DNA of 63,803 nucleotides, filler included, from Intoshia linei (GCA_001642005.1; 6 parts of 6 records of this genome joined end to end with filler, not necessarily neighbours in it); one strand, 5' to 3'; numbered from the whole stretch's first letter, positions 47,101 through 61,676 are shown. Translations and numbers: made by a program. Notes: generated from the sequence alone by a model not told the origin.

Positions 47101-50100
47101 AATAAAAGTGTAGATGATTTTGATGCTACTTCTTCAAATGTGGGCCATTCTGACGACGCTGACGTTATAGCATATTCTAATGATATTTTAGCCATGATAT
47201 CCCCTGAAGGCGAACGAGTTCCAATGACAAAGGGTTTAAAAGCTCGAGGGAACGTTGAAGAATGGCTGTGTAAAGTTGAAGATTCCATGTTTGCTAGTCT
47301 TCGAAAATTAACTATATCCTCACTCGCAGACTACGAAAAAAAACCGCGTTTAGAATGGGTTAAAGGCCATGCAGCTCAAGTTGTTTTAACAGTTTCTCAA
47401 ATAATCTGGGCGAACAATATTATGAATATTTTAACAAATAAAAATAAAGACCAATGTCAAAATTCTTTAATAAATTTTGAACAGAGTTCTTATAAAGATC
47501 TCAATGATTTGGCATCAATGGTTAGGACAAAATTGGACAAAATTTTGAGAATTATAATTTGCGCTCTAATCACCATTGATGTACATGCCAGGGATATTGT
47601 GACAGAATTGAAAAATCAAAATGTTTCAAGTGTAGAATCTTTTGAATGGCAAAAACAATTAAAATATTATTGGGATATCAATATTAATAATTGCATCATC
47701 AGAATGTCAAATTCAACATATACTTATGGGTATGTTTAAGTTTCAGTGTTCTTTTACATAGGCCTGCGAATTATATACTGACTATGAAATTTAGATATGA
47801 ATATTTGGGTGCCTCTTCACGATTGGTTATCACTGCGTTGACAGATAGATGTTATTTATGTTTAATGGGAGCATTACAATTAAATCTTGGAGGAGCCCCA
47901 GCTGGACCAGCTGGAACTGGAAAGACTGAATCAACTAAAGATCTTAGTAAGGCACTAGGGAAACAATGTGTAGTTTTTAATTGTTCTGACGGAATAGATT
48001 ATCAAATGATGGGAAGATTTTTCTCTGGTCTTGCCCAATCTGGTGCTTGGTGTTGTTTTGATGAGTTTATAATTTGATAAAATTTTTATTTCTTTTATAT
48101 AGATTTAATCGAATTTACATTGAAGTTCTTTCAGTAATTGCACAACAACTTATCACAATTCGAAATGCCAAAGCCAATAAATTATCAGTCTTTATGTTTG
48201 AAGGTAGAGAAATCAAATTACACCCAGATTGTGCCGCCTTCATAACTATGAATCCTGGCTATGCTGGAAGAACAGAATTACCTGATAACTTGAAAGCTTT
48301 GTTTAGACCTATATCCATGATGGTTCCAGGTAATATATACATTAATATATTTACATATTATATGCTAATAATATCATTTTATTCTATTTTAAATGGTCTA
48401 ATTAGATTATAAACAAATTGCCGAAGTAATATTGTACTCGGAAGGTTTTGAATCATCTAAAAAACTGGCTCAAAAAATGGCTCAAATGTATCAATTGTGT
48501 TCTGAACAATTGTCACAACAAGATCATTATGATTTTGGTATGAGAGCGGTCAAGTCTGTATTAGTTATGGCAGGATCACTTAAAAGACAACATACCAATA
48601 AGCCAGAAGATGTTGTATTAATTACAGCATTAAAAGATGCAAATATACCAAAATTTTTAAAGGATGATGTTGTTCTCTTTAAAGTAATAATTAGGGTGAA
48701 CTTTTTTTAACCCATAAATTGTAAATATAATTTATTATTAATATAGATTTAATAATATTACTAATAATAGAATTAACATTACGATATACTGTATCAAATG
48801 CATGATAGGTTTGCAAAACAGTAATATGTAATATAAACGGCTAGTACATAGAATAAGATATATATAGAAATATTTCTTAAATAGAATTAAGTATTTTGTC
48901 CTCCATGAAGAAGCAAATATAGACTATTCTACATTACACATTTATTGTAGACCTTTCCGTATCGAATTTTATTCAAAAATGAGTGTTTTTTTTAAAGTTT
49001 AAACGCTGAAGTAAAAATATCGCATCACAATACGAAAAATAATGGGAATAACATGTTAACTTAAAATGTAGAGTCGTCATGTGCGGTCCTCGTAATATGG
49101 TAATATCCTCAAGATTGAAACACATAAAAACTTTTACAGAAATTAAAAACATAAAACTATTTTTATTGAAAATTCAAAAATAAAGTTTAATTATTTGAAA
49201 TTAAAATTTCGTTTTGATAACATTTTTAAATTGAACTAAAACTTTATTTGATTTTGCATTAACTGAAAAGTGTAACTATCGATTTTAAAATTTAATTTGA
49301 ATTAACATTTACTGTATATAAATTTTTAAAAAGTTTAATCATACTCAATTTTTGATCTGTTTTATTTTTTTTAAGCAGAAAAACTTTTGACTCATGAAAA
49401 TTTTCTTTCTAACCTTTTTGCTTAGTTTCATGCCAATAAAATAAATAATAATAAATAAAATGTACGCCTTGTAACTACGTGATAACTAGGGAGCAAATTA
49501 AATTATTAACGGGATAATCAATATCAGATTTAAATATTTAGACTCGAAAATTATTTTTTTATATAAATATTTAAATATTAATTACCTCTAAAATTTTAAA
49601 TTTATGAAAATGTATTTAGGAATAAATATTTATTAGTATTTATACCATTTTATTTTTTTTTTAAATTTATTTTTTTGCATTTAGGCTAAATACAAATAAA
49701 AAGACCTAATTAAGTTAATTTATGTATCATTTTTAAGTGTAAAGTTTACAGTAAACTGAAATTTTTAAATTTTACATTTAGTCGAGTTTAATGATTTTGA
49801 GTGGTCAGGGAATTAACAAATCGATACGACTCTGATATACCCTAAATTTGTCTAATTAAGGAAATTTAGGAATAGTGAAGAAATTTAGTTAATTGTTAAT
49901 AACTGATGTATAAATACATGTATATATGTATTAAAAACATAATAATATTATTGGTAATCACATAATTAAATGTTAATTTAGGCTATTTTACAAGATTTGT
50001 TTCCATCTGTGGAAATCCCAGCTTATGATTATGGATCTGTAAAGGCCGAAATTGAATCTGTAATTTTAAATAAAAATATGCAACTTGTTCCAAACCAAGT

Positions 50101-53100
50101 CACAAAGGTTATTGAACTTTATGAAACAATGATTGTTAGACATGGTGTCATGTTGGTTGGACCTACGGGAAGTGGAAAAACTGTTATATATCAGGTTTTA
50201 TTAATTATTATCCATTGTATTAATTAATTATATTGAATTATTTAAGTTTTAAATACATTTAAATACATGCATGTAATTATATTTAAAATAATAGTAACGA
50301 ATCTTATTCTTATATATTATTTGAAAATTTTTATTTCTAAAATTTCAAATTATAGACCCTTGCAGAAATATGTCAAAATTTAAGTACCTCAAATACAGAT
50401 ATGCAAAATCCATTTTTTGTTCCAGTTCATAAATTTGTGCTTAATCCAAAATCTATAACATTGGGAGAACTGTTTGGTCAATATAACCCATTAACATTAG
50501 AATGGAGTGATGGTTTAATGGGTTTACTTGTTAGAGCTGCGGTCAGGGTAAAAATTTTTTTATAACATAGTATTGTCATACATACATATATTAGCATACA
50601 AACAGTGATCACCAATGGATTATATGGTAAAAATTACATTAATCAATATATTTTCTATTCGCTATTAAAATGTATAAATAGAAGCATTAAGCGTATACCG
50701 TCTTAATGTTAACTTTTTATATTTGTATCATTTTAAATGAAATTGTAATTGTTTGTATTCAGTGACGGCCCAGTAGATGCTGTTTGGATAGAAAATATGA
50801 ATACAGTACTAGATGACAATAAAATGCTTTGTTTGGCAAATTCTGAACGTATTAAATTGACTGAATTTATACACATGGTATATTTTTAATTTTATATATT
50901 GGTATATTTTTTATTTATCACCGTTTATAATGAAATGTTTCCAGCATAATGTGATTAATGATCACTAATTATAATACCATGTTAAACCATGGGCCATGGC
51001 TTAATGTCCTTAAATTATAAATTAAATATCAGTGTATCATCTCGAAGGTCATATAAGTGTTCGGTGGCCTGATCCCGCACGCTGGTGGTATATAGTACAC
51101 ATTACGTTGTTATTAAATTTTTTATATTAATTTTAGATATTTGAAGTGCAAGATTTAAAAGCAGCTTCTCCTGCAACCGTTAGTAGGTAGACAAATTATA
51201 ATACATAATTTAGTATTCTGTAAATCAGTGGTTCACGAACATTCTTAGTAAAACATTCAGTTAGATAAATACTATAATGTAAAGTATCTGTTTCATACTT
51301 CTCTTTTATTGAGGTGGATTTTATCATGGTTAGTCTTGGATTGTATAATGTATAATTATACTAATGAGCCATTCTCTAGCAAATAAAATATAAATATTTC
51401 AATTTAAGTGACCTACAGGAAATAATATCCAACACTCATACTCATAAATAGACTGAAAATGCGCGTATGACAGCGTGCAACATGGTTTTTTGCACTATTT
51501 TACATAAAAGTAAATACTAAAACGTACATTTACAATTAAAAATCGTTACGGCGCTATGCGCAACAATATAATAACATTTGAACATGTTTTTTACTGATTC
51601 TTGTGAATATTTAATTAATTGATCTACCTCAGAAACTTCAAGGTTCATGGACAAAACCACAAAATATTTTATTTTTTTAAAATACCAAAATTCCTAGAAA
51701 CATAAATAAATAATAAAACATACATTCTGTTATATTTTTTAAAATTATAACTATTATCATAAATCGCAAACCCCAGATTACCCTTTTTTTTAATGAAAAT
51801 AGATAAAAATTTTTTCTTTACTTCAATTAAAATAGTATTTAATTCGAATTTAAGAATTTAATAAAGTTTTGTAGTGCCAAGTGGGTAAAAGATTAAAAAC
51901 CGCTACTCTAAAATTGAACTTAATTGAATAATTTATATTTAAAAATTTTAGATGCGGTATGGTTTATTGTGATGCGAATGGTTTAAAGTGGAATTCTTTG
52001 GTGGGTTCATGGATCGACGTAAATTTAACAAAATTGGATCCGGAAATGAAACAATTTTTGATTGGATTATTTAACGACTACGTTGAAGATGGTTTGCAAT
52101 ATGCAAGAAATAAATGCATTCAAATTATAGATCAAGTACTCTACATACTGTATAATAATCATAATAATATTATGTTTAATATGCATATCAATAGTGTCAC
52201 TTTCTGAATTAAAAATTCTTCTTAATTTAAATCAGGGTGGGCACCCTCATAACGGTAACGGGCCGGATTGTAGATTTTGATAATTTGGTGAGTCAAACCC
52301 ATTAAATTAAAAAATTAATAAAGGTTTTCATACTTTTATATTGAGCCACGCATTTCTATAATCTAAAACTCTAAACAAAATGCATAAACTTATTGCTATT
52401 CAATGTTTCACATGTTTTATTGCTCACATAACAGTGATTATAAACATTTTTCAAAAATTACCCAGTTAAGCCTAGAATTTTTCAATTTAATGTGAATTCT
52501 CGATTTTTTTGATTTTACAAGTCTTAATTACAATTTGTAATTTACATTGAAAATAAATACAAAAAAAAATTTACAAGTTAATATTACAAATAATTACGAT
52601 TTTTGTTAACAATTCACAATAATTATTTATAGGGTCACGGTTGCAGAACCCGATTTATATTATTTAATTATGACATGTCATTTAGGTTGATATTGCTAAA
52701 GTAGTCACTTTAATGAAATTGTTGGATGGTTTATTAATTGAAAATATGGATAAATTAAATTTGGTTCCTAAAAATAAGAAAGCTAAAAATATAATTAGCA
52801 CAATATTTGTATTTTGCTACATTTGGAGCATTGGTGGTAATTTGATTGATTTGTATCGTGATCCATTTGATACGTTTGTGCGACATAAATTTGAAGATTG
52901 TCCTGAAGCAAAGGTATTTGAAAATATATTTATAAAATTTTAATAACGATTCTGACAAAATTTAAATATTTTATTATTTTAGCTTCCAACTTCGGCAGAA
53001 TTGTGGAGCTATTACTACGATGTAGAAAATAAAAGAATGGAAAGTTGGGAACGTAGTGTTCCACATTTCATTTATAAACAAAATGTACCATTTTTTGAAA

Positions 53101-54686
53101 TTTTAGTACCAACGTGTGACACTGTGCGTTACAGATATTTTATGGTAAAAATTGATTAATGACATATACAGTTGTTTAGAAAATGCTATTATCAATAAAA
53201 AAGTCAGTAATGTTTATTGGTCCGTCAGGCGTTGGAAAGGTATGCATTAAAACATATTAAATTAAATACAAGAGTGTATCAACCACTGATTCCCAACCTA
53301 TGGGTATTTACCACGAATGGATAATTTGATATTTTTCATAAGTAATCGCGAATAATGTAACTTTTTTGCGTGGTTTTGTGTTGGCAGGCAGAGTAACATA
53401 TAAAATTTTAGAATAAAAAACAGTAGTGTTCAGAAACCGCAATGTGTATTTTGTAAACCAGTGGTTCCCGATTCAAATAGTGACGGACCACCATTTCAAA
53501 ATATTTATTATTTTTTTACCTAAAGGAAACATGAAATATAAAAAATTAATGATTAAATTGAAGGTTTTTTATCATAAGCGTTGGTAAATCCGTGTTTTTC
53601 AAAAAAATATTGGAAAAAGAGGATATTTCTCTTAAGCTTTTGTAAAATTGGATTATTATTTCAGGTTTTGGATTAGGAAGATATTACTCATAAAATTTGG
53701 TAAAATTGGATTTTTCGCTGAGGGCTTGAAATAATATTTTTTATTTAATTTTATTAATGGTGGAATAAAAGTGGGATTTTTAAAATAATAATGTAACGGC
53801 GACTAGGCTTTGTGATAAATTACTAACATCTGGTAACTAGGTAATATATATTAAAAATTCCTCTAAAAATAAACAAAAGTAAATAAAAAGTTTTTTGATT
53901 TTAATTGAAAACACGGACCCCAGGTATAGCTTTGGACACCAAATCGGGAACCACTGCTTAACACATACATAATTTGTATATAAAATTGAATATGAGTTTT
54001 ATTGTTTAATTAAAAAATTAAGAGTTTTAGAATTTAATAAAATCGAATTTCTAATACAGTTCATGAGAGTGGTGTTTTTGTGCAAGTTAAATTTTCATAC
54101 ATTGATTTCTTCAGGGTCAAAAACGCAATTTCCTTTTTTTTAAATAAAATCACCCCTATAAATGATTATTAAATAATTTTATTTATTATTTTGTAAAATT
54201 AGTTTAAAAATTTAAATAGCTCTTATTCTAAAAATCTGACCATTCAATATGCAGTTAAACAGATATTGTGGGTAAAATCAAAATAAATACTATAATTATA
54301 ATATGGGTAAGTTAGTAAAAAAGGGATGGAAACATTGGTATAAACTGTTCAGTATTTCCAAATGAAGGTAGTAAAACTTGCAAAAATAACGATGAATATT
54401 AGTAATATTGTAATGAATGAATGATGGTATTAAATCGTCCATTTTTTTGCGGTCTCATTCAATTTCAAAAGTGACCTCATTTATGAGGTGCTGACTTGTA
54501 TGATTTATATTCATTTTTATCATATAATTTTGGATATTTAGTCAGTAATTGTACGTAAATTATTGGAATCTATGAAAGATGATTCTACTATTCCTGTCTT
54601 TATTAACTTTTCAGCTCAAACAACGTCTCAGAGAACTCAAGAAATGATTGAAACAAAGTTGATCAAAAAGGGTACAAACATGTATG
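38172..54686 (+). CDS. DNAH6: Axonemal inner-arm dynein heavy chain DNAH6-like, first 27 exons (~2152 aa, ends within AAA3; 3' half absent)
   Basis: Exons 38172-38363, 38410-38595, 38640-38673, 38711-38846, 38901-39048, 39130-39252, 40554-40954, 41150-41363, 41655-42764, 43005-43190, 46053-46112, 46149-46370, 46405-46621, 46658-47729, 47795-48064, 48103-48329, 48406-48683, 49982-50194, 50356-50547, 50595-50626, 50763-50877, 51137-51186, 51952-52135, 52686-52913, 52983-53144, 53180-53239 and 54542-54686, all phase-compatible. P-loops [16 protein letters not shown] and GPSGVGKS; also [21 protein letters not shown]. The N-terminus (IEPLPLLK..Q....PEY; YDYYNLKVVSY; FRMWKAY.VW; LRPAIL) matches remembered DNAH6. 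Confidence 0.9.
39800..40237 (-). mobile_element. Helitron family A 5' half in DNAH6 intron 6
   Basis: Reverse complement starts A|TCCTTACTTATATAATATGC; colinear with the 32239 copy. Confidence 0.75.
43993..44860 (-). pseudogene. hAT transposase pseudogene (CGGBP1/DUF659-like) with a spliceosomal intron
   Basis: LFITDAAR|[51 protein letters not shown] and [20 protein letters not shown] intron at 44783-44667. Confidence 0.75.
45000..45880 (-). mobile_element. Internally deleted Ty3/Gypsy remnant (gag zinc knuckle joined to integrase core)
   Basis: [15 protein letters not shown], then [21 protein letters not shown], running in frame into [11 protein letters not shown]...[12 protein letters not shown]...[10 protein letters not shown]. 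No protease, RT or RNase H lies between them. Confidence 0.75.
53459..53956. mobile_element. hAT-type MITE, same family as 35074-37014
   Basis: TIRs CAGTGGTTCCCGATT / AATCGGGAACCACTG. Internal sequence matches 35074-35333. Confidence 0.8.
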
Positions 54687-54884
54687 GTAAGATTAATGTT
54701 TGATATACGACTATAATTAATTAATTAATTGGTAACATTCGACTTTTGATTTAAAAACTTTGTAATATGGTAGCGTACACTAAAGAGTAACTTTACTCAA
54801 ATATTATATCTTTACTGTAAAGCAGTTTATTTTTACAGCATAAAATATTTAGAATTATGACAACTATATTTCAATAATAAATTA

Positions 54885-55037
54885 AAGTGGCCAGAAAAAT
54901 ACGTACTATTACCTTTAGTTTATTTGGAATAGATTTTAAGCCGAAAATTATTATTTGTCATCATAGATAAGTCGTTTTGGCTTTACATTTATCACCAAAT
55001 AAACTAAAATTGATAGTACGTTTTTTTCTGGCCACTG
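54885..55037. mobile_element. Tc1/mariner-type MITE (second copy)
   Basis: TA-AAGTGGCCAGAAAAATACGTACTAT...ATAGTACGTTTTTTTCTGGCCACTG-TA; near-identical to 24640-24793. Confidence 0.78.
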
Positions 55038-55194
55038 TAAATAAATGCATAAATTGTTGAATCACTTAAGAGATATATGATTGCGCGTAAAATAATATTT
55101 TCTTATTTAACTAGTTAAATAACGGAATTTAATATATTAGGGTTATTTTGAAAAATTAGTTTATTTCAAATATAAATGAATTTTTTTAAAATGC

Positions 55195-55294
55195 NNNNNN
55201 NNNNNNNNNNNNNNNNNNNNNNNNNNNNNNNNNNNNNNTTAATTAATTAANNNNNNNNNNNNNNNNNNNNNNNNNNNNNNNNNNNNNNNNNNNN
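55195..55294. other. Assembly linker (44N-TTAATTAATTAA-44N)
   Basis: Same 100-nt cassette. Confidence 0.95.
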
Positions 55295-55693
55295 TTAAAT
55301 TTTTAGTTTATGTTAACAGGATACAACTGTACCACTTGTCAATTTTTTGAAATTCTAATGCTGTTTTCATTAAAAAAAAAGGGTAAATTGGGGTTTTGGC
55401 CCTGAAGATATATTTTTTTAAATTTAAATTTATGATAATATTTATGATTTAAAAATCCATATCAGAGTATTTATTTTTTTAAATTCTCCAACTCGTTTGA
55501 TTTTCAAAAAAAAGGACAATTTGGGTTTTTGACCCATAAGATGAGAGTTTGGGAGGTTGAAATTTATCTTATTATACGTCCCGGAAAAAACTGTAATTGA
55601 AATGTTATCTTTATAAAATTCTAAGACTGGTAGTTATTGAAATAAACGATAACACAAACACAAACAAATATTGCATAGTATACTATATAAGGA
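55295..55693 (-). mobile_element. Helitron family A 5' half
   Basis: Colinear with 1-482 and 39860-40237. Confidence 0.75.
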
Positions 55694-56633
55694 TTTCTGA
55701 TTCAGATAATGACACCTATCAAAATCTATTTTGAACTACAATATGTAGATAATCTTTAAAAAATTTGAAATCACCATTTCTTCAATCTTTATAATACTTG
55801 GATTTATAATGGCCCATTCAACCCAAAACGTGGTGTACTAAATGTTAAATTGTAGAAAAAAATATAAAAATTCATAATTTGGCATATACAATTTATTTAA
55901 AGTTATTGAAATTAAAATTCAATTTAGGAAGAAAAATATAATTTTAACGATTTTTAATGTTGAAAGTGAGTTTATAATGGACATAGTTGCACGAAATGAC
56001 TACATCGACGTACAAATGTATAAGGGAAGATGTATAAAAGAGAATCTAAAAGATGACATGAAGTGTAGATTTCATAAATTAGGTTTAAACTTTTATGAAA
56101 CATGATATCAATTAATTTATTTTAGATTATTATCTAAGTCAAGTATTATTTGACGAAATTTCATGTAGAGTTTACTTTCTTATACAAAAACATTGCATTG
56201 GTAAATAAAAAATAAAAAATATACTGAACAGCCTTGCATAATTGATGAAATAGGTATTGGTCACTGCGAAACAGTTTAAATAAGTGATAAATCCAGTTTA
56301 ATATAAATTTGCATACCAAGTATGTCCCCTCATGTTGCCAAGTTTACGAAAAATAGATCTAAATTATATCATATTTTACCCTAAAGTCCAATGGAGACGA
56401 AAGTATCATGATATACAATTTTTAATATACTGCAGAAAAACTATAAGACATTTACTAATAACGTGATCACTGATCCTGGGTAGAACTGTATTAAAAATTG
56501 GGTTTTTTTAAATACTGAGATTGTCAATTTTTTCAATAAATGGTTACACACAGACATTCATTTTTATATAAGTAAAGGATGAGTAAAGCCTCCATATTTA
56601 TGATCAAGCTCAAAAATCCTATATACATTAGGG

Positions 56634-56826
56634 CAGTGGTTTTCAACTGGGGGGTCGTGAGAATTTGAACACAGTATAAAATATAAATAAAACTGAATAT
56701 GCTTTTTTAATATTTTCATTTATGTGAATTGATAAGATGTTTGGAGTATATAGAAAATTTTTGGGTCGCGAAAATTTTTTATGTTTATAAGGGGGGTTGC
56801 AAACACAAAAAGGTTGAAAACCACTG
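56634..56826. mobile_element. hAT-type MITE (193 bp)
   Basis: TIRs CAGTGGTTTTCAAC / GTTGAAAACCACTG, with gggtcg(t/c)ga subterminal motifs. TSD not conserved. Confidence 0.65.
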
Positions 56827-57981
56827 CAATGCGAATAAATATTATTTTGTATATTATACATGTATATGTAGTTGTTTATAAATACATCAATATTGTTTAC
56901 ATTAAATTAATTATAGATAGTAATTTTGTATTTGAAAATATATTTATCATTAATATCAATCTATGTTATTGATTCTGAACATGGGTGACAAGAGATTTTG
57001 AGATTAAAATATATTTAATCAGTATCGCTTAAAATTTTTGATTAACGTGGATAGCTGTATTTCGCTTGATTTTTAGAACTTTTTTGAATTTCAGATTAAA
57101 GAAATTTTTCAAAAATATGGGTATAAAAATGAGTTAATATGATAATGATAATAATAAAAAATTAAACAGTTAAATGCTTTGGCAGTCGGGATGCAGGTAT
57201 ATATACTGACATGTTAGTCACCCATGAATGGATGTTGAGAACTATTGATCTAGGTTGCATTTTCGAAATTATGGATATATTTGATCAGATTGTAATTCAA
57301 ATATAATTATTATATTTATATTGTAATGTAATAATAATTATTTTATATATAAATATGTGTATATTTTAACGAATTAGTGGGTAAATTCCACTATTAAACA
57401 TGTATTAAAAATATAAACATTTATAATATTTTTTAAATTCTGATTATTCAATAAATACAATGGTCTCTCTCAAAAGTGGTCACTTTTAAGAGAGTTTCAT
57501 TTAATTATATTAATTAATTGATTATGATTAATGATATTATCGAAAATATAAATGATAAACTATTTTAAATAGTTTTTATTCATAAAAAATCCAATAGTTT
57601 CTCTATAAAATTTATATATTTAATGTTAAAAAATAAAACAATAGCGTGTTTCTCAAAAAAATATTTTGATAGATATTTAAAAATATTTGATAGCTTGTAA
57701 ATATTGAAATATCATTTAAAACATAATTATAATACAGTAGTGTAAATTTTAATCTCTGACCCTTAGTAGCATTTTGAAATCTATGGAAAATGTAATTGTA
57801 ATAGGAATTCCCTAATCATTTTTGTTAAATGATGTGTGCACCACTGTAGTACGTGTACTCAGTACATTATACTATTAGCCCAGATGCACAGAAAAATGAA
57901 AAATCACAAAGGAAATATTAAAAGGTTTAACTCAATTATGCATCTTCAAACTTTGGTTAACATAACACTATTTATATAATA

Positions 57982-58715
57982 CTAGGTGGACTGTTATGTA
58001 CTACGTACAAAAAGCACCTAGCTCTGCCGAGGGCATATTTGTATTCTATTAAAAAAATATATTCACGTAGAAAATCTAACTTAAAAATCATACTATTTAC
58101 TATTATCAATCCTTTAAAGGAGTGGTTCCCAAACTTGTTTCAGTTAGAACCGTCATGTCACATTACTTTTTATTTTAAAGTGAATTATTCCATCTTAATT
58201 TTTTGTTTGTTAACATTTGTGTAAAAGAATTTTAAAAACAATTTTTCATCCCATTTTTTCAATTTATTAGACAGAATGTGTGTATAATATTAAAAATAAA
58301 GTAAAAACAGTCCAATACTAAAAATTGTCATAAAGGTGTGAGTTTTGGAAATTGAAATTTATATTATTATATGTAAAAATTGTCATAATTATTATAAAAA
58401 TTTTAAATTATAGCATAAATTCCAGAAAAAATAAAATTATAAAAACCTATTTTGTCATTTTCAGTGTGATGTATATCAGTACCAATTTAATAAATACTAA
58501 AAATACCAATTATGTATCATAATTAACGGAATCAGCACTTTATAAACATATTTCAGGTGAATTTTAACAATATTGCAAAGGATTGTAATAAATATAAAAA
58601 TGATAATAACAAAGTTGTATTACTTTTAGTAATCGTTGTTGTAGTGTTAATTTAAATTTTACACAAAATGTTTTGAAAATGATAATTTAAAAATTGCGAA
58701 GGAATGAATTATCAT
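57982..58715 (-). mobile_element. Helitron family A 3' half
   Basis: Begins ctaggtggactgttatgtactacgtac. Reverse complement of 13960-14493 and 33040-33380. Confidence 0.78.
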
Positions 58716-59975
58716 ATGTACGAAGAGCTATTTACACACACTTATTATAATTATCACTACTAATAATAATTAATATAACAATTATTAAATTATAAAAATT
58801 AGACAGTAATTTAATCATAACAATAATTATTGTTGGTTAACATTATAATGAATAATTTTACTGTGGAAAATTACATTAATTCACATAAATTAATGTCAAT
58901 AAATTCAACAGACTTTGTCAGAAAATATAATAAATGTTATTTTTTTTACATCAAAAAAATAGTTAGTAAATTAAAATTATAAAACGAATGTACATAATAA
59001 AAATGATATATATTTTAGTTAGTAATATATTTATATTTAATATTGCTTAATTAAGTCAATTAAAATTTAATTCATTTTTAAAGTTCGTAATTTTATTTTA
59101 TGAAATAAATAACTATTTTAACATTTGACATGACATGTATGCAAATTGGAAAATATGACAATTATGTACCGTGTATCTAAAATGTTAGAATTATAAAGTT
59201 GTTTAGAATGTAAATTTCAATACAACTGTTAATGTTGGGTATTTTTTGTTTGTTATAATAATAAATTATATTTATAATTAACAGTTAGTAAATTCATTGC
59301 AAAATACCTAAATGAATTTAAAATTATGTAAAAATTTATGACATTTAAATCGTAAATTATTGTATAGTTCGTAATTTAAATTTATTAAAATGATTAAATT
59401 ATAATTAATAATTATGATTAAACTAAGCAAGTAAATGTTAATCTCATTAAATCATGCTCATTTTAAATAAAAATAATTAACAAACTATTATTGTTATTAA
59501 TATTGTAATAAAGCTGGTATTTATTACATACATACATGTATCTACTAACGAATTAGTTTTTTATATTTCTACTTATTTACCTGTTTATAGCATGTAAAAT
59601 ATATTTATTTTAATTAATAAATTATACTTTTATTATTATAAAATTCAGTTTGTAAATTTAATAGACACTTTGAAATACATTTCAAGAATTTTATTTTATT
59701 ATACGAATGTAATTTTAATTCTATAAATACATATTACATTTATATATATATGTTCAGTTGGTAAATTTAATAAATTAAATTTAATTATTTTATTCAAATG
59801 TTTATATATTTAGTAGGTATTTATATATTTAGTACTACAGTACTGTAGTTTATTCAACATGAACCGTTCCCAAGTGGAGGCTACAACAAAATTGATCTAA
59901 ACTAGGTTGAAATCACTGTTCCAAATTTATTTTGGTTAAATATTATAATTGAAAAAAAATTATTGGGCGTTGTTA

Positions 59976-60075
59976 NNNNNNNNNNNNNNNNNNNNNNNNN
60001 NNNNNNNNNNNNNNNNNNNTTAATTAATTAANNNNNNNNNNNNNNNNNNNNNNNNNNNNNNNNNNNNNNNNNNNN
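59976..60075. other. Assembly linker (44N-TTAATTAATTAA-44N)
   Basis: Same 100-nt cassette. Confidence 0.95.
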
Positions 60076-60340
60076 ATAATGTTTATGATTTTAAAATCCG
60101 CATCAGCATATATATTTTTTTAAATTCTCATACTCGTTTGATTTTTAAAAAGAGGGACAACTGGGGTTTTTTACCAGTAAGATGTGAAATTGGGAGGTTG
60201 AAATTTATCTTATTATACGTCCCGGAATCAACTGTAATTAAAATGATGTCTTTAAAAAATTCTAAGAGTGGTAGTTATTTCAATAAAGTCAGACCCACAG
60301 ACAGACACACACACAAACAAAAATCGCGTAGCATATTACA
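60076..60340 (-). mobile_element. Helitron family A 5' fragment
   Basis: Near-identical to 84-300 and 2365-2400. Confidence 0.72.
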
Positions 60341-61078
60341 CTAGACAACAAAATGAAAACTTTTTTCGAGGATCTGCATGAGAAACATACAAATAAAAAA
60401 TTGAAATTTTCCTGATCAACATGATACCTGACAACATCATAGCAACTAAGCTATTTCAATTAATTTTAGTTTTTAATTTTTAATTTAATTATAGTATATA
60501 ATGAGATATTTAATTTTTTTTTAATATATATGGAATTGATAGCGGATAATTACATGATCACATTTAAATTAAAAAGAAATGAATATTAAATAAATTACAG
60601 GTGTAGAAAAATTTAACTGACGATAGGCGCTTTAACAGGATGAACATATGATATGAGATATAATGAACAATTTAACAATACATTTTAGTGTCTAAATCCA
60701 GATTTACGGAAAAGATTTAGTTCGATATTTTTAGTTATTGATATTTAAAAAAAATATATTAATAAATTTCATTTTTTTTTTAATAATAATTGGTTGATTT
60801 AGACATTCCTCAGTATACATTGAAACAACTGTTTCTTAAATGATAATGGCTGGGATGATGAAACTAAATTATGTACTTCCATTGGAATTGGTAAAGTTGA
60901 ACTTTTGGTGGCCGGATAAGAGTAAAGGCTTAATTTATTTGTTTGTTTTCTTCTTTTCTGAATACAGAAATAACAGTCATTCGCACTTTCTGAATGTTTT
61001 TATATGCTAGGCGTCATAAATATCTTTTTAAATCTCATTATAGACGAATGGCACGTGGGATATATATTTGAGGGATTC

Positions 61079-61676
61079 CAGGGCGGATTCAAGGGGGTGC
61101 AGTTGCACCCCTAAATTTTTAAAAAATTTTTTTTAATTAATGTTTTGTTAAATAAATGAAAAAGGTTTTAATTTATTAAAACAATATATATGGCGCATAA
61201 CATTACATGAACAATTGATCATGTGACTTAAGGCCTTTTGTTATGTGAACTGGCCCTCATGAATTGCCACTATCACTATAATTTTGATATTGAAAGTTTG
61301 GTTAATGAATTGGCAATACTTCATCCAAGAAGACTGGACCTAATTGATTTAGGATTATTTAATGAACAAAATTAATTTCTTTTTTGTGCTGATTATTTTT
61401 TCTATTTTTGCGAAAAAATACAAATTTGGAAACTATTATATAACAACCTTTAAATAAAATTAAACGAGACTCCTTGATATTAAAAGAGAAGCCTTGAAGT
61501 TATATTTTTTTTAACATTAAAATTTTTAATAAATGAGTTATACAAACTAAAACTTATAAATATATTATATCATTAAAATCAGCGCTAGATTATCCACAAG
61601 ATGGTATTATTATTATGCAAATTTATTTTTCAGTGTTGTCTAGTGTTATATAAGTTAGGATTACAGATCCGCCGTG
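61079..61676 (+). mobile_element. Deleted hAT (Tip100/PRKRIR-like) element retaining the transposase C-terminus
   Basis: Ends CAGGGCGGATT / GATCCGCCGTG, with ggggtgcagttgcacccc subterminal palindrome. Internal LALMNCHYHYNFDIESLVNELAILHPRRLDL at ~61250-61345. Confidence 0.6.

Noticed and set aside
40719-47288. Minus-strand ORFs overlapping dynein exons (40719, 40843, 41753, 42113, 46935)
   Set aside because: Antisense shadows of real DNAH6 coding exons.
55880-56460. Coding-like decayed sequence
   Set aside because: Probably an old transposase fragment, but no diagnostic motif could be assigned.
60600-60895. Exon-like stretches after the fourth linker as a DNAH6 continuation
   Set aside because: All frames contain stops and none matches the expected AAA3 Walker B exon (IFVDDLNMP).
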